Assembly: GCA_003141235.1 (NCBI GenBank)
Contig: PLLL01000092.1
Coordinates: forward strand, 1,891 to 65,890
Source: Dehalococcoidia bacterium
Lineage (GTDB): Bacteria; Chloroflexota; Dehalococcoidia; Dehalococcoidales; RBG-16-60-22
Length of the DNA: 64,000 bases
Reading direction: 5' to 3'
In this document: positions 1 to 8,759 of the stretch, one piece after another
Layout: every line of letters starts with the position of its first letter
Numbering within the stretch: the stretch's first letter is position 1
Position numbers and translations under genes: made by a program
Notes under the pieces: generated by a model
Told to the model about the DNA's origin: nothing
Seen by the model: the letters and a program-made list of their open reading frames with translations, nothing else
Databases searched by the model: none

Positions 1-513
1 TCCGTCTGTCTGGCCACCGATAAAGATGATGTTATCCTGGTAACGCGTAAGGGGCAGTCAATCTGCTTTGGCGTCTCCAGTCTCAGGGCCGCCTCACGGA
101 CAAGTGGTGGTGTGCGCGGCATGCGCCTATCCGAAGGCGATTCCATCATCAGCATGGACCGGATTGACCCGGAGAGTAACCTGCTGGTGGTTTCCGAGAA
201 AGGCTACGGCAAAATTACGCCGCTATCTGAATACCCGCGGCAGCACCGCGGCGGCGGCGGCGTGAGAACCTTCAAAATCGTTGATAAAACTGGTGCCGTA
301 ACTGCCGCCAGGGTTGTCAATGAAAAAATGCAGGTGATGCTGGTCTCCGCCGAGGGCATGATTACCCTGACCCCGATTAAGGAAAAGGACCCGCGGCAGG
401 GCATCACTACCCAGGGCCGGAGCACGCAGGGCGTCCGGGTCATGGCGCTCGATGAAGGCGATAGACTGGTAGCTATTACCACCCTGGTAGCTATTACCGC
501 CTTTGAAGAGTAA
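1..513 (+). CDS. gyrA: DNA gyrase subunit A, C-terminal beta-pinwheel region (5' end cut by window edge)
   Basis: Frame 1 is open from base 1 (SVCLATDKDDVILVTRKGQSICF...GVRGMRLSEGDSIISMD...SEKGYGKITPLSEYPRQHRGGGGVRTFK...) to the stop at 511-513. The repeated GyrA-CTD blade pattern is present. No start codon lies in the window. Confidence 0.85.
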   Translation, partial: SVCLATDKDDVILVTRKGQSICFGVSSLRAASRTSGGVRGMRLSEGDSIISMDRIDPESNLLVVSEKGYGKITPLSEYPRQHRGGGGVRTFKIVDKTGAVTAARVVNEKMQVMLVSAEGMITLTPIKEKDPRQGITTQGRSTQGVRVMALDEGDRLVAITTLVAITAFEE

Positions 514-540
514 ACCGCTTCACATCAGGTTGATGAAATC

Positions 541-562
541 CCTCTCCCACGGTGGGGAGAGG
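541..562 (+). terminator. GC-rich hairpin downstream of gyrA (weak terminator candidate)
   Basis: CCTCTCCC(541-548) pairs with GGGAGAGG(555-562), about 28 nt after the gyrA stop. No clear U-tract follows. The hairpin belongs to the CCCCTCTCC/GGAGAGGGG motif family seen elsewhere in the window. Confidence 0.3.
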
Positions 563-591
563 AGAGTAGCGGATTGTCTTTCAGGAGAACA

Positions 592-782
592 TTTGCTTGC
601 CTGCTGCGTAAAGCTGGGGTGATACTATGACCATAAAAGACTTGGGTAGATGGGAAAGTCTGGAAATGGTGCAGAGATATACGAGGTCGGTTAGTTTTCA
701 GGATAGCTTGAAGTTTTATAAAGCACCTTTGGGGGCATCTTTTCCTGACGTATTAGCTGCCACAAGAGGTAGAATCCAATAA
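592..782 (+). pseudogene. tyrosine recombinase (integrase) C-terminal remnant
   Basis: 592-627 reads FACLLRKAGVIL. After a frame change, 627-782 reads MTIKDLGRWESLEMVQRYTRSVSFQDSL.... Together these resemble the extreme C-terminus of XerC/D-type integrases (LL.aGv.l..I..lLGH.sl.M..rY), including the catalytic-Tyr context RY. No upstream catalytic domain is present, and the remnant overlaps the 3' end of the 691..1269 gene. Confidence 0.5.
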
Positions 783-1269
783 ACCAAAAGAAAACTGAAA
801 CAAAACCAGGGAATAAATTACTGCGAATTAATTCAAGGACGCTACTTGGTAGTTCAGGAGAGATTCGGCTCACGTCTGGGTCGTCTGGCAAGTACTTCAC
901 CTCGACTGGATAGGGCTGTGTAAGTGTAAGAGAGCGGAGCTCTTGTTTTAATAGTCTATCACCTTCCAGTGTTCCGGCAAATTCTCGACCATCGGAAAGC
1001 TGATATGTATATGACCCACCATATAGCCAATGCAAGCCTCCGCTATCCATAGGTTCAACATCTTCCCATGTGTCGGTGATATAGCCTACGGTAGTTTCGC
1101 CTCTATATATAAGTTTGAACTCGTCCCACACATTGACCACTCCAAAATAAAAGAGGTAGCTGCCTATACCAAGCAGAACAAATATAGCGACAACTAATTT
1201 CCACCGAGCGAGAAGTCTGCTCCTAGTAGGTCGTTTCTCAACCGCATTATTAACAGCAGTTTTGGTCAT
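691..1269 (-). CDS. membrane protein, DUF3592-like architecture
   Basis: 192-aa ORF with an N-terminal TM (LVVAIFVLLGIGSYLFYF), a beta-rich middle and a C-terminal TM (LFPGFVSVFFWFIGFYLLW). It overlaps the upstream ORF by 4 bp (operon). The region is AT-richer than the core genes. Confidence 0.6.
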   Translation of the reverse strand: MTKTAVNNAVEKRPTRSRLLARWKLVVAIFVLLGIGSYLFYFGVVNVWDEFKLIYRGETTVGYITDTWEDVEPMDSGGLHWLYGGSYTYQLSDGREFAGTLEGDRLLKQELRSLTLTQPYPVEVKYLPDDPDVSRISPELPSSVLELIRSNLFPGFVSVFFWFIGFYLLWQLIRQEKMPPKVLYKTSSYPEN

Positions 1270-1595
1270 GTCGTGTTTGATTCCTTGCTTTTAACGTTAC
1301 TCGACAAGAATAACATACTCAGTCCAAAGATTAGGGCACAAGCCAAATCAATAGGCTTCCAGATTTCTTTCGTGAGGTATATAGGAACAATCGGGTTGAA
1401 TAATACTGCAATAGAAGCAAACAACCATGTTGCCCATGCTTTGCCCCAGCGATAGGCACTAACGGCTGTAAATATTCCTGTCCCACACACGACCCAGCGT
1501 AAAAATTGATAATAACCGTAGGGCAAAGATGCTACAGCACTAAGTAACATTATCGCAACAATCAGATTTGGTATCAGATGCGGTTTATGTCTCAT
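1266..1595 (-). CDS. small polytopic membrane protein (DUF6804-like)
   Basis: 109-aa ORF with three to four hydrophobic helices (LPYGYYQFLRWVVCG...LFNPIVPIYL). It is the first gene of a two-gene operon behind the promoter at 1627-1655. Confidence 0.6.
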   Translation of the reverse strand: MRHKPHLIPNLIVAIMLLSAVASLPYGYYQFLRWVVCGTGIFTAVSAYRWGKAWATWLFASIAVLFNPIVPIYLTKEIWKPIDLACALIFGLSMLFLSSNVKSKESNTT

Positions 1596-1626
1596 ATACC
1601 AGCACGCTTGCCCCTCTTGTTGTCAA

Positions 1627-1679
1627 ATTCTATCCTTCGCTTAGCATTGAGTCAAGTACCCCCACGAACCCCATGAGAG
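1627..1679 (-). promoter_or_regulatory. sigma70-type promoter plus conserved 29-nt upstream box (copy 1)
   Basis: On the minus strand: TTGACT (1650-1655), 17 nt, TAGAAT (1627-1632). The 29-mer GTCAAGTACCCCCACGAACCCCATGAGAG (1651-1679, plus-strand text) is identical to 2500-2528. Confidence 0.6.
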
Positions 1680-1743
1680 CAACTGGCATGGGAAGATAAA
1701 GATGGGTGTTTAAATTTGAAAAAGTGCCTTCAGCTTACTAAAA

Positions 1744-2454
1744 CTACGCTTCTGTATTCTCCCTAAATCTTTGCATAATTCTAGGTTCCGAAAGCAATTC
1801 TTTTGGAGTGTTCACCAATGGTCGCCTATCAGACACGAAGCTTTCTACCATTTGCTCACAGTTATTATAGAAATCCGCGTTTGTCGCCCATGCATACTTA
1901 GGAGAAATCTTTAAACCATGCGATATCCAAAATGGCGCTTGTTGTTCGTAATAAATTCGTTCCATGTCTGATGCCTTCTCTGCTTCTTTTGGATAGAGTA
2001 ATCCCCAAATGAGTCCTTGTGCAAACGCCCCTGTGTAGTGAGGGGCTAATCTAGGATCACCCAGAGATTGCCACGGAATAGATTCCCGGCCCATGTCTGC
2101 CAAAGAAGGTGGCGCAATTGCTTGACATGGTCGCTTATTACAATTGGTTACAATGCGTTGGTTCGGGTCAATAGAGTTGAGAAGCTTAGTAGCACTATCT
2201 CCTGACCAGTCACGCAATTGAAAACTATCGGCAAGTGCGTGTACTGCTAAAGCTGGCCGTCCAACTCCGAGACCGATACCAATCTGAATTAAAATCTGTA
2301 CTGCAGAGTCTACCGCCCTTGTATTAACTTCTGCTTTTTTCCCGAACTTTTTTTGAGGAAAACCCATATTCCGCAATAACTGTGCTAAGATGAATTGTGC
2401 CAAGACGTATAGAGATGTGATTGAAGCGTGTTCATTTTTGATGTCTGATACCAT
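1744..2454 (-). CDS. hypothetical protein (236 aa)
   Basis: Long ORF with its own promoter. I recognise no family. It lies in the same AT-richer island as 691..1595. Confidence 0.6.
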   Translation of the reverse strand: MVSDIKNEHASITSLYVLAQFILAQLLRNMGFPQKKFGKKAEVNTRAVDSAVQILIQIGIGLGVGRPALAVHALADSFQLRDWSGDSATKLLNSIDPNQRIVTNCNKRPCQAIAPPSLADMGRESIPWQSLGDPRLAPHYTGAFAQGLIWGLLYPKEAEKASDMERIYYEQQAPFWISHGLKISPKYAWATNADFYNNCEQMVESFVSDRRPLVNTPKELLSEPRIMQRFRENTEA

Positions 2455-2475
2455 AACGACCTCTTCAGATACTTA

Positions 2476-2528
2476 AATCTACAACTCGACTGTAGTGTTG
2501 TCAAGTACCCCCACGAACCCCATGAGAG
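2476..2528 (-). promoter_or_regulatory. sigma70-type promoter plus conserved 29-nt upstream box (copy 2)
   Basis: On the minus strand: TTGACA (2499-2504), 17 nt, TAGATT (2476-2481). The 29-mer at 2500-2528 is identical to 1651-1679. Confidence 0.6.
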
Positions 2529-2622
2529 TTTCCCCAGAAGGATATATTACAGGGTATCTTCTAATTTGAAAAAAAGGCGTTAAATCGGTTTGTTTTTGTA
2601 GCTAAATTGATGCCTTTGAAAC

Positions 2623-2667
2623 GTGAGTTTTGAACCTAAAAGTGGGGCTTTGCCCTCGCAATGACGG
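2623..2667. repeat. palindromic intergenic repeat (GAGAT...CGCAATGAC family), divergent copy
   Basis: GTGAGTTTTGAACC...GGGGCTTTGCCCTCGCAATGACGG. It shares its ends with the copy at 24146-24215 and sits 6 nt after the radical SAM stop. Confidence 0.45.
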
Positions 2668-2672
2668 TGTTT

Positions 2673-4484
2673 TTATCCCCGTCGCTTATTCAGGCAACTT
2701 TCTGTTTGCTCCAGGCCGCAGGTGTTACAGGCGCTTATACGGCAATCGGGAGTATCCCGTTCTTCTAAAGCGCGCCGGAGTTCCTGTTTCAAGAATGCTT
2801 CACTTACTCCCGCATCGATATGAGACCAGGGGAGTACTTCGTCCGTGGAACGTTCGCGGTAAGCGTAGAAACCGGGTTCCAGTCCGGCATCCGCAAAGGC
2901 TTGCAGCCATTTTTCGTGGTTATAGTGTTCCGTCCACGCATCGAACCTGCACCCCAGTTCCCAGGCGCGGTATATCGCTTTACCGGTGCGCCGGTCGCCT
3001 CGTGACAGGGCGGCCTCCAGCAGGCCGATTCTGGGGTCATGCCAGGAAAACTTGACGCCTTTGATGTTAAGTCCCTGGCGTAGTATTTCCAGCCTGGGAT
3101 GTAACGCCTGCTCATCCAGACGGGCGGCCCACTGGAAGGGTGTGTGTGGCTTGGGGACAAACGTGGATACGCTTACTCTTATCATCGGTTTTTTGCCGCT
3201 GGCCTTTTTACCCTCGGCGCGCACCTTATCCACCAGGGCGACGATGCTCTGGACGTCCTCGAGGGTCTCGGTGGGCAGGCCAATCATAAAATAGAGCTTG
3301 AGGCTGGTCCAGCCGCGCGTGAAGGCGGTGGCGGCTGTTTTTAAAAGACTTTCGTCCGTGATGTTTTTATTGATGACGCGCCGCAGTCTCTCGCTGCCCG
3401 CTTCGGGGGCGAAGGTAAGCCCGGTGCGGCTGCGCGTTGGGAGCGACTCGACGAGCTTGATGGAGAAATCATCTAATCGCAGGCTTGGCAAAGACAGGGT
3501 TAAATTCGGATAGCGCTGGTTCATTTTGGCCACGAGCTTATCGATATCGGCGTAATCCGTGGTATTCAGTGAGACCAGCGAGACCTCGTCATAGCCGCAG
3601 TTGGCAACAAGCTCGCCGGATGCGTCGATTACCTCATCATGGGGACGCTCGCGCACCGGGCGGTAAATCATACCGGCCTGGCAGAAGCGGCAGCCGCGAC
3701 TGCACCCGCGCTGGACCTCGATGGCGGCGCGGTCGTGGACGACCTCGATAAAAGGCACAACCGGCCGCGTTGGGGGCGGCGGCAGTTTGGTGACGATGCG
3801 CTTTTGTATGCGCGGGCTGGCCTCGGAAACGGTGGGGGTAACGCTTTTAATCAGACCGTCTGAATGATATTCGACTTGATACAGGGAGGGGACATAGACG
3901 CCGGGAATCGCCGCCAGCTTTTTAAGAAGTTGTTGCTTCGCTACGCCTTTTCCCTCGCGGTAGGCATCGAGGAACTCAATCAGGACTTCCTCTCCATCGC
4001 CGATAACGAAGGCATCGATGAAGTCGGACATAGGTTCGGGGTTATGACAGCTGCTGCCTCCGGCGATTATCAGGGGGTGGGAGTCGTCCCTATCTACAGC
4101 GCGGACGGGTATTCCGGCCAGGTCGAGCATGTTGAGGACATTGGTGTAGGAAAGCTCGTAGCCGAGCGAGAAACCGATGATATCGAAGTCTTTGAGGGGG
4201 CGCTGGTTTTCCAGGCTGAAGAGGGGAATGCCGCGCTGTCGCATTAAGGCTTCCATGTCCACCCAGGGAGTGTAAACCCTCTCGGCGAGAGTGTCCGGCT
4301 GGCGGTTGAGGATATCGTAAAGGATGGGGACGGCCATGTTAGACATGCCGATTTCGTACGTGTCCGGGTAGGCGAGGGCTATCCTGACGGGGGTTTTAGC
4401 CCAGTCTTTGACGATGCTGTTCCACTCGCCGCCGGTATAGCGGGCGGGACGGTTGACCTGGTGAAGTATCTCGTTGTTGAGCAA
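2673..4484 (-). CDS. B12-binding-domain radical SAM protein (TIGR03960-like)
   Basis: 603 aa with the N-terminus LNNEILHQVNRPARYTGGEWN typical of this family and the CxxxCxxC motif QRGCSRGCRFCQAG. TTG start with a GGAGG 7 nt upstream. Confidence 0.85.
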   Translation of the reverse strand: MLNNEILHQVNRPARYTGGEWNSIVKDWAKTPVRIALAYPDTYEIGMSNMAVPILYDILNRQPDTLAERVYTPWVDMEALMRQRGIPLFSLENQRPLKDFDIIGFSLGYELSYTNVLNMLDLAGIPVRAVDRDDSHPLIIAGGSSCHNPEPMSDFIDAFVIGDGEEVLIEFLDAYREGKGVAKQQLLKKLAAIPGVYVPSLYQVEYHSDGLIKSVTPTVSEASPRIQKRIVTKLPPPPTRPVVPFIEVVHDRAAIEVQRGCSRGCRFCQAGMIYRPVRERPHDEVIDASGELVANCGYDEVSLVSLNTTDYADIDKLVAKMNQRYPNLTLSLPSLRLDDFSIKLVESLPTRSRTGLTFAPEAGSERLRRVINKNITDESLLKTAATAFTRGWTSLKLYFMIGLPTETLEDVQSIVALVDKVRAEGKKASGKKPMIRVSVSTFVPKPHTPFQWAARLDEQALHPRLEILRQGLNIKGVKFSWHDPRIGLLEAALSRGDRRTGKAIYRAWELGCRFDAWTEHYNHEKWLQAFADAGLEPGFYAYRERSTDEVLPWSHIDAGVSEAFLKQELRRALEERDTPDCRISACNTCGLEQTESCLNKRRG

Positions 4485-4809
4485 AGTGCGCCTCCAAACC
4501 TTTTAAGTATAGGGGGAAAAGCAGCTAGTGACAAGTATCAAGCAATAAGGGAAAAAGCCGTTTACAGGAAACGAATCCGTAGCCAGTTGAATGTGAATCG
4601 TTTTTAGGGTTATGTTAAATAACTATGACGTTATGTAAAGGTTTGAGGCTAGAGGGATGACAAATAACCAGACATAATATTATAAAACAAATAGAGGGAA
4701 GGATGGGAAGGGGATTTTGGCGGGGAACCTCTCCCCCTGTGTCCCTCTAGGGGTGGAAGCATGATTACACAGAAGCACGTAATTGCGTAAGAAAAAAAGG
4801 AGTATGATA

Positions 4810-5244
4810 TTATTCCCGAAGCATGGACTTTATGCGCGGTGCTATTTGGTTACTAGCTAATACACCATTTCTTAGGGTATCTACTAACTTAGGGTCCATC
4901 TCAGGCTTAATCAATAACTCATTACTTTCATATTTTTTCATGATTAAATCAATACTTTTCCTGAATATGTTATTGCAGTTGAATATTGAGGGGACGCGAA
5001 AACCACTATATTCTTCTGGTTTGATGATAACCAAAGTTTTAGCGAAGCAATTTTTATAGATTAATTTAACATGAGCAATTTGAGACGAAGCACAAACTAG
5101 AAGTATAATTTCATCTGTGTGTGGGTTTCTATTAATTACTACAAAATAGTGTTTTTCGGTTGATTGGATGTTCTCTTCGCGAAAGTAATATACAGAGCCG
5201 GGTTTTATGCTTGCTTTGATAATCTCCGGAGGAATACGGGACAA
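4810..5244 (-). CDS. candidate toxin partnered with the Panacea-domain antitoxin (possible MazF/PemK-like core)
   Basis: 144 aa. TTG start 2 nt after the upstream stop, with a GGAGG 5 nt upstream. PGSVYYFRE...KHYFVVINRN...IILLVCASSQ loosely resembles the MazF/PemK pattern (GDI..v.....RP.vVvs...vi..piTs). The fold assignment is inference only. Confidence 0.55.
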   Translation of the reverse strand: MSRIPPEIIKASIKPGSVYYFREENIQSTEKHYFVVINRNPHTDEIILLVCASSQIAHVKLIYKNCFAKTLVIIKPEEYSGFRVPSIFNCNNIFRKSIDLIMKKYESNELLIKPEMDPKLVDTLRNGVLASNQIAPRIKSMLRE

Positions 5245-5246
5245 AT

Positions 5247-5858
5247 CTACCTCCAGAGCGCTTCAAGGTGGGTGAGTTCATCCAATTGTTTAAGACGAAG
5301 CTCACGTTCTTCGTCGTTTAATTCGTAACATTTGTCGACGGTTTCATTTTCAGGGTCTTCAAAGAAATCTGCTAATATAATATTCTCGACTTTGGAACCT
5401 GAACGTAACGATTCTTCATGTTTTTTCCATTCAGGATAGTGGTGAGTGAAGTCTGAGAGTGACCATTTCTGGTAGTGCCCGAAATTATCCCACGCAAAAT
5501 TGAGAGCTTCGATGTCGGAATCGGAAAAATAGCTGTAATCGACTGGGTGAACTGACTCTAAACGGAGGCCTCCATCTAATGCTTTGATAAATCTAGAGGC
5601 ATAGTCTTTGAAAGTATCGTTTAAATATTCATCGGATTCAGCAATATCCATAATAGTGGAAGGGACTGGTCCCAATTTCATCGCGACATAACAATCGTCA
5701 GATACGAGTCGACAATATTTTCTTAAATGGTAGCGGTCAGAAAGAAAGATCAGCTTGAGAGCTTTCATTTTATTGATTTTACCACCGGCTTTTATAGAAA
5801 AAAAATTGAGGATTTGAGTTGCTTTTTTGTGGTCAAAATTGAAAGGATTACGCGGCAC
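5247..5858 (-). CDS. Panacea / SocA-like antitoxin domain protein (DUF4065)
   Basis: KMKALKLIFLSDRYHLRKYCRLVSDDCYVAMKLGPVPSTIMD and ...WSLSDFTHHYPEWKK match the DUF4065 signature (KL.KLlY.ad...g.p.....y.a...GPV; ...tH....W). A tightly coupled downstream ORF follows. Confidence 0.8.
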   Translation of the reverse strand: MPRNPFNFDHKKATQILNFFSIKAGGKINKMKALKLIFLSDRYHLRKYCRLVSDDCYVAMKLGPVPSTIMDIAESDEYLNDTFKDYASRFIKALDGGLRLESVHPVDYSYFSDSDIEALNFAWDNFGHYQKWSLSDFTHHYPEWKKHEESLRSGSKVENIILADFFEDPENETVDKCYELNDEERELRLKQLDELTHLEALWR

Positions 5859-6020
5859 TTTTCAACTCCCCTGGCCCTTATTTTATGTAAGGAAGTTAAT
5901 ATCATTATATAATGTGTGTCAACAATAAGCAATCAAAACTTGACGTAATCATGTTATTGACGGCTTATCACCGATGTATAATGGGAAAAGGAAGAGGGAG
6001 GGGCTGCTGACCACCCCTCC

Positions 6021-6073
6021 CTGAGATTCTTCGGTCGTCCCGATTGTATTGGGACTCCCTCCAGAATGACAGG
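6021..6073. repeat. palindromic intergenic repeat (CTGAGATTCTTC...CAGAATGACAGG family)
   Basis: CTGAGATTCTTCGGTCGTCCCGATTGTATTGGGACTCCCTCCAGAATGACAGG. ATTCT/AGAAT and GTCCC/GGGAC can pair. Related copies lie at 13495, 18346, 24146 and (divergent) 2623. Confidence 0.65.
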
Positions 6074-6110
6074 AAGGGGAAAAGAAAGAGGGGGGCTTTA
6101 ACCCCCCCTC
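6070..6110 (-). terminator. intrinsic terminator of the hrcA-grpE-dnaK operon
   Basis: The stem GAGGGGGG(6088-6095)/CCCCCCTC(6103-6110) is followed, on the minus strand, by TTTCTTTTCC. It lies 45 nt downstream of the dnaK stop. Confidence 0.6.
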
Positions 6111-6154
6111 CCGAATCAAACCAAATAAAAAGTTTAGTTTAGTAAAGTATAGAA

Positions 6155-8098
6155 CTACACCTCGCGGAACTCGCCTTCCACGGTGCCTTCGTCTTTAGGG
6201 GCTTCGCCGCCCTGGCCGCCCTCGCCTCCCGGTGGGGGAGGAGGAGCCTGCTCGCCGCCGGGCGGAGGTGGCGGTGGCTGCTGCTTGCTGTAAATGGCTT
6301 GCCCAATCTTCTGCATGGACTCGTTCAGGGCCTGTGTCGCGCTCTTGATAGCGCCAGTGTCCGCGCCCTTTAAAGCTTCCTTGACCGCGGCAACCTTGCT
6401 TTCTACTTCACTGTTAAGGTCGGCGGGAATTTTATCCTTGTTTTCGCGCAGGGTCTTTTCCGCCTGGTAGGACATCGTGTCGGCCGTGTTCTTGGACTCG
6501 ATATCATCCTTGCGTTTGACGTCTTCCGACGCGTGCAGTTCCGCCTCTTTCTGCATCTTGTTTACTTCTTCTTTGGAGAGGCCGCTGGAGGCGGTAATCG
6601 TTATCTTCTGCTCCTTGCCGGTGCCTTTGTCCTGGGCGCGCACATTAAGAATGCCGTTGGCATCGAGGTCGAAAGTGACCTCGATTTGCGGCACACCGCG
6701 CGGCGCCGGTAAGATACCGTCGAGCATAAAGCGCCCGAGCGTCCTATTATCATTGGCCATAGGCCGTTCGCCCTGGAGCACATGGATTTCCACACCCGGC
6801 TGGCTATCTGCCGCCGTGCTGAAAATCTGGCTCTTGGCGGTGGGGATGGTAGTATTGCGCGGGATAAGCGGCGTGGCTACCCCGCCGAGCGTCTCGATGC
6901 CCAGGGTCAGCGGCGTCACATCGAGCAACAGCACGTCCTTGACCTCGCCCTTGAGCACGCCACCCTGAATAGCGGCGCCGATGGCTACCACTTCGTCCGG
7001 GTTGACGCTCTTGTTCGGCTCTTTGCCGAAGAACTGTTTCACTTTATCCTGCACGATCGGCATACGGGTCTGTCCGCCCACGAGGATGACCTCGTCAATC
7101 TGGGCGGTCGTCTTACCGGCATCGGTCAGCGCCTGCTTGCACGGCCCCAGGGACTTTTCCACCAGGTCCAGCACCAGCTGCTCCAGCTTGGCGCGGGTCA
7201 GATTGATATTGAGATGTTTAGGGCCGCTGGCGTCGGCGGTGATAAAGGGGAGGTTGACATCCGTCTGCTGGACGCTGGAAAGCTCAATCTTGGCTTTCTC
7301 GGCGGCCTCTTTAATGCGCTGTAAGGCCATTTTATCTTTGCTGAGGTCGATGCCCTGGTCTTTCCTGAACTCGGCAATCAGCCAGTCCATAATCCTCTGG
7401 TCAAAGTCGTCGCCGCCCAGGTGGGTATCGCCGTTGGTGGACTTCACCTGGAAAGTGCCTTCGCCCAGTTCGAGCACAGATATATCGAAAGTACCGCCGC
7501 CGAGGTCGTAGACAGCGACGGTTTCGTCCTTCCTCTTATCGAGTCCGTAGGCCAGCGCCGCCGCTGTGGGCTCGTTGATAATGCGCAGCACGTTCAGTCC
7601 GGCGATGGCTCCGGCGTCTTTAGTGGCCTGGCGCTGGGCGTCGTTAAAGTAGGCCGGCACGGTAATGACGGCGTCAGTCACCTTTTCCCCAAGATAAGCC
7701 TCGGCATCGGTCTTGAGCTTTTGCAGAATCATCGCCGAGATTTCCGGCGGGCTGTATTCCTTACCGCCCATCAGCACTTTGACTTCATTGTTGCCGCCTT
7801 TGGTCACTTTATAGGTCTTGCGCCGGGCGTCTTCCTCAACGGGCAGCTCGCGTCCGGCGGGCTCGCCCCATTTGCGTCCCATAAAGCGTTTGATACTATA
7901 GATGGTGTTTTCCGGGTTGGTGATGGCCTGCCGCTTGGCTATCTGGCCCACCAGCCGTTCGCCGTTTTTACTGACGGCCACTACCGAAGGGAAAAGGCGG
8001 CTGCCTTCGGAGCTGGTAATAACGACCGGCTCGCCTCCCTCCAGAATTGCCACCTCGCTGAAAGTAGTACCTAAATCAATTCCAACTGTCTTTCCCAT
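6155..8098 (-). CDS. dnaK: molecular chaperone DnaK (Hsp70)
   Basis: [16 protein letters not shown]..., [10 protein letters not shown] and [11 protein letters not shown] are canonical Hsp70 motifs. 647 aa with a Pro/Gly-rich C-terminal tail. Confidence 0.97.
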   Translation of the reverse strand: MGKTVGIDLGTTFSEVAILEGGEPVVITSSEGSRLFPSVVAVSKNGERLVGQIAKRQAITNPENTIYSIKRFMGRKWGEPAGRELPVEEDARRKTYKVTKGGNNEVKVLMGGKEYSPPEISAMILQKLKTDAEAYLGEKVTDAVITVPAYFNDAQRQATKDAGAIAGLNVLRIINEPTAAALAYGLDKRKDETVAVYDLGGGTFDISVLELGEGTFQVKSTNGDTHLGGDDFDQRIMDWLIAEFRKDQGIDLSKDKMALQRIKEAAEKAKIELSSVQQTDVNLPFITADASGPKHLNINLTRAKLEQLVLDLVEKSLGPCKQALTDAGKTTAQIDEVILVGGQTRMPIVQDKVKQFFGKEPNKSVNPDEVVAIGAAIQGGVLKGEVKDVLLLDVTPLTLGIETLGGVATPLIPRNTTIPTAKSQIFSTAADSQPGVEIHVLQGERPMANDNRTLGRFMLDGILPAPRGVPQIEVTFDLDANGILNVRAQDKGTGKEQKITITASSGLSKEEVNKMQKEAELHASEDVKRKDDIESKNTADTMSYQAEKTLRENKDKIPADLNSEVESKVAAVKEALKGADTGAIKSATQALNESMQKIGQAIYSKQQPPPPPPGGEQAPPPPPGGEGGQGGEAPKDEGTVEGEFREV

Positions 8099-8183
8099 TT
8101 AATCTGCCTCCTTTGGCTCATCCATGAATAATATAGAACAAAAATCTTAATAAAGATGTGACAAATATCTAAAATAAACGAAA

Positions 8184-8735
8184 TTATTTCTTATTAACTT
8201 GTTCATCCCCGTTGCCGACCACCACTTTGGCGGCACGGAGAAGTTTATCGTTTAAGGTATAGCCTTTTTGAAATTCCTGAACTACCGTGCCCTCCGGCCC
8301 TTTATCCTGCTTGATTGCTTCGTGAAAATTGGGGTCGAAGGCCATTCCCAGCGTTAACATCGGCTTGACGCCCTGTGCTTCTAGGCTGGACTTGAACTTG
8401 CGCTCCACCAGCTTGACGCCTTTCACCCAGTCGTGGCCGTCGAACTTGGGCGGAATCGAGGCGAGCGCCCGATCCAGGTCGTCGAGGACGGGTAAAAGAC
8501 TGAGAAGCAAATTGGCGTTGGCGTACTTGTTGAACTCCAGCCTTTCCTGCTCCGAGCGCCGTTTGTAGTTAATAAAGTCGGCCTGCGACCGCTGCCAACT
8601 GGCAAGGTATTCTTCAGTTTTCTTCTTTTCCGCAGCGAGAGCCTGCTCTATTTCTGATGTTTCCGGAGCGCCTGCGGCTTCCGGTGTCTCGGGTAAAGGC
8701 TCGCCGTTATTCAAATTATCGCTATCATTTGGCAT
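8184..8735 (-). CDS. grpE: nucleotide exchange factor GrpE
   Basis: 183 aa with ...LASWQRSQADFINYKRRSEQE...LLPVLDDLDRAL...FDPNFHEAI typical of GrpE. It lies between hrcA and dnaK. Confidence 0.93.
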   Translation of the reverse strand: MPNDSDNLNNGEPLPETPEAAGAPETSEIEQALAAEKKKTEEYLASWQRSQADFINYKRRSEQERLEFNKYANANLLLSLLPVLDDLDRALASIPPKFDGHDWVKGVKLVERKFKSSLEAQGVKPMLTLGMAFDPNFHEAIKQDKGPEGTVVQEFQKGYTLNDKLLRAAKVVVGNGDEQVNKK

Positions 8736-8759
8736 ATAAAAATAGATTTTCCTTTGAAG

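Noticed and set aside
5917-5953. Weak resemblance of the TA-island promoter region (and of 16875-16900 and 10995-11019) to the IS right end plus internal promoter.
   Set aside because: Most of the similarity is explained by the shared TTGACA -35 consensus. The remaining matches are too few to claim decayed element ends.
6477-8102. Long plus-strand ORFs (163-217 aa) antisense to dnaK. Similar antisense or out-of-frame ORFs lie inside the radical SAM, AOR, kor, MFS, kinase and other GC-rich genes.
   Set aside because: They lie entirely within strongly supported genes on the other strand. They have low-complexity Arg/Ala/Pro/Ser-rich translations with no recognisable motifs or ribosome-binding sites. 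This is the expected artefact of high GC content.
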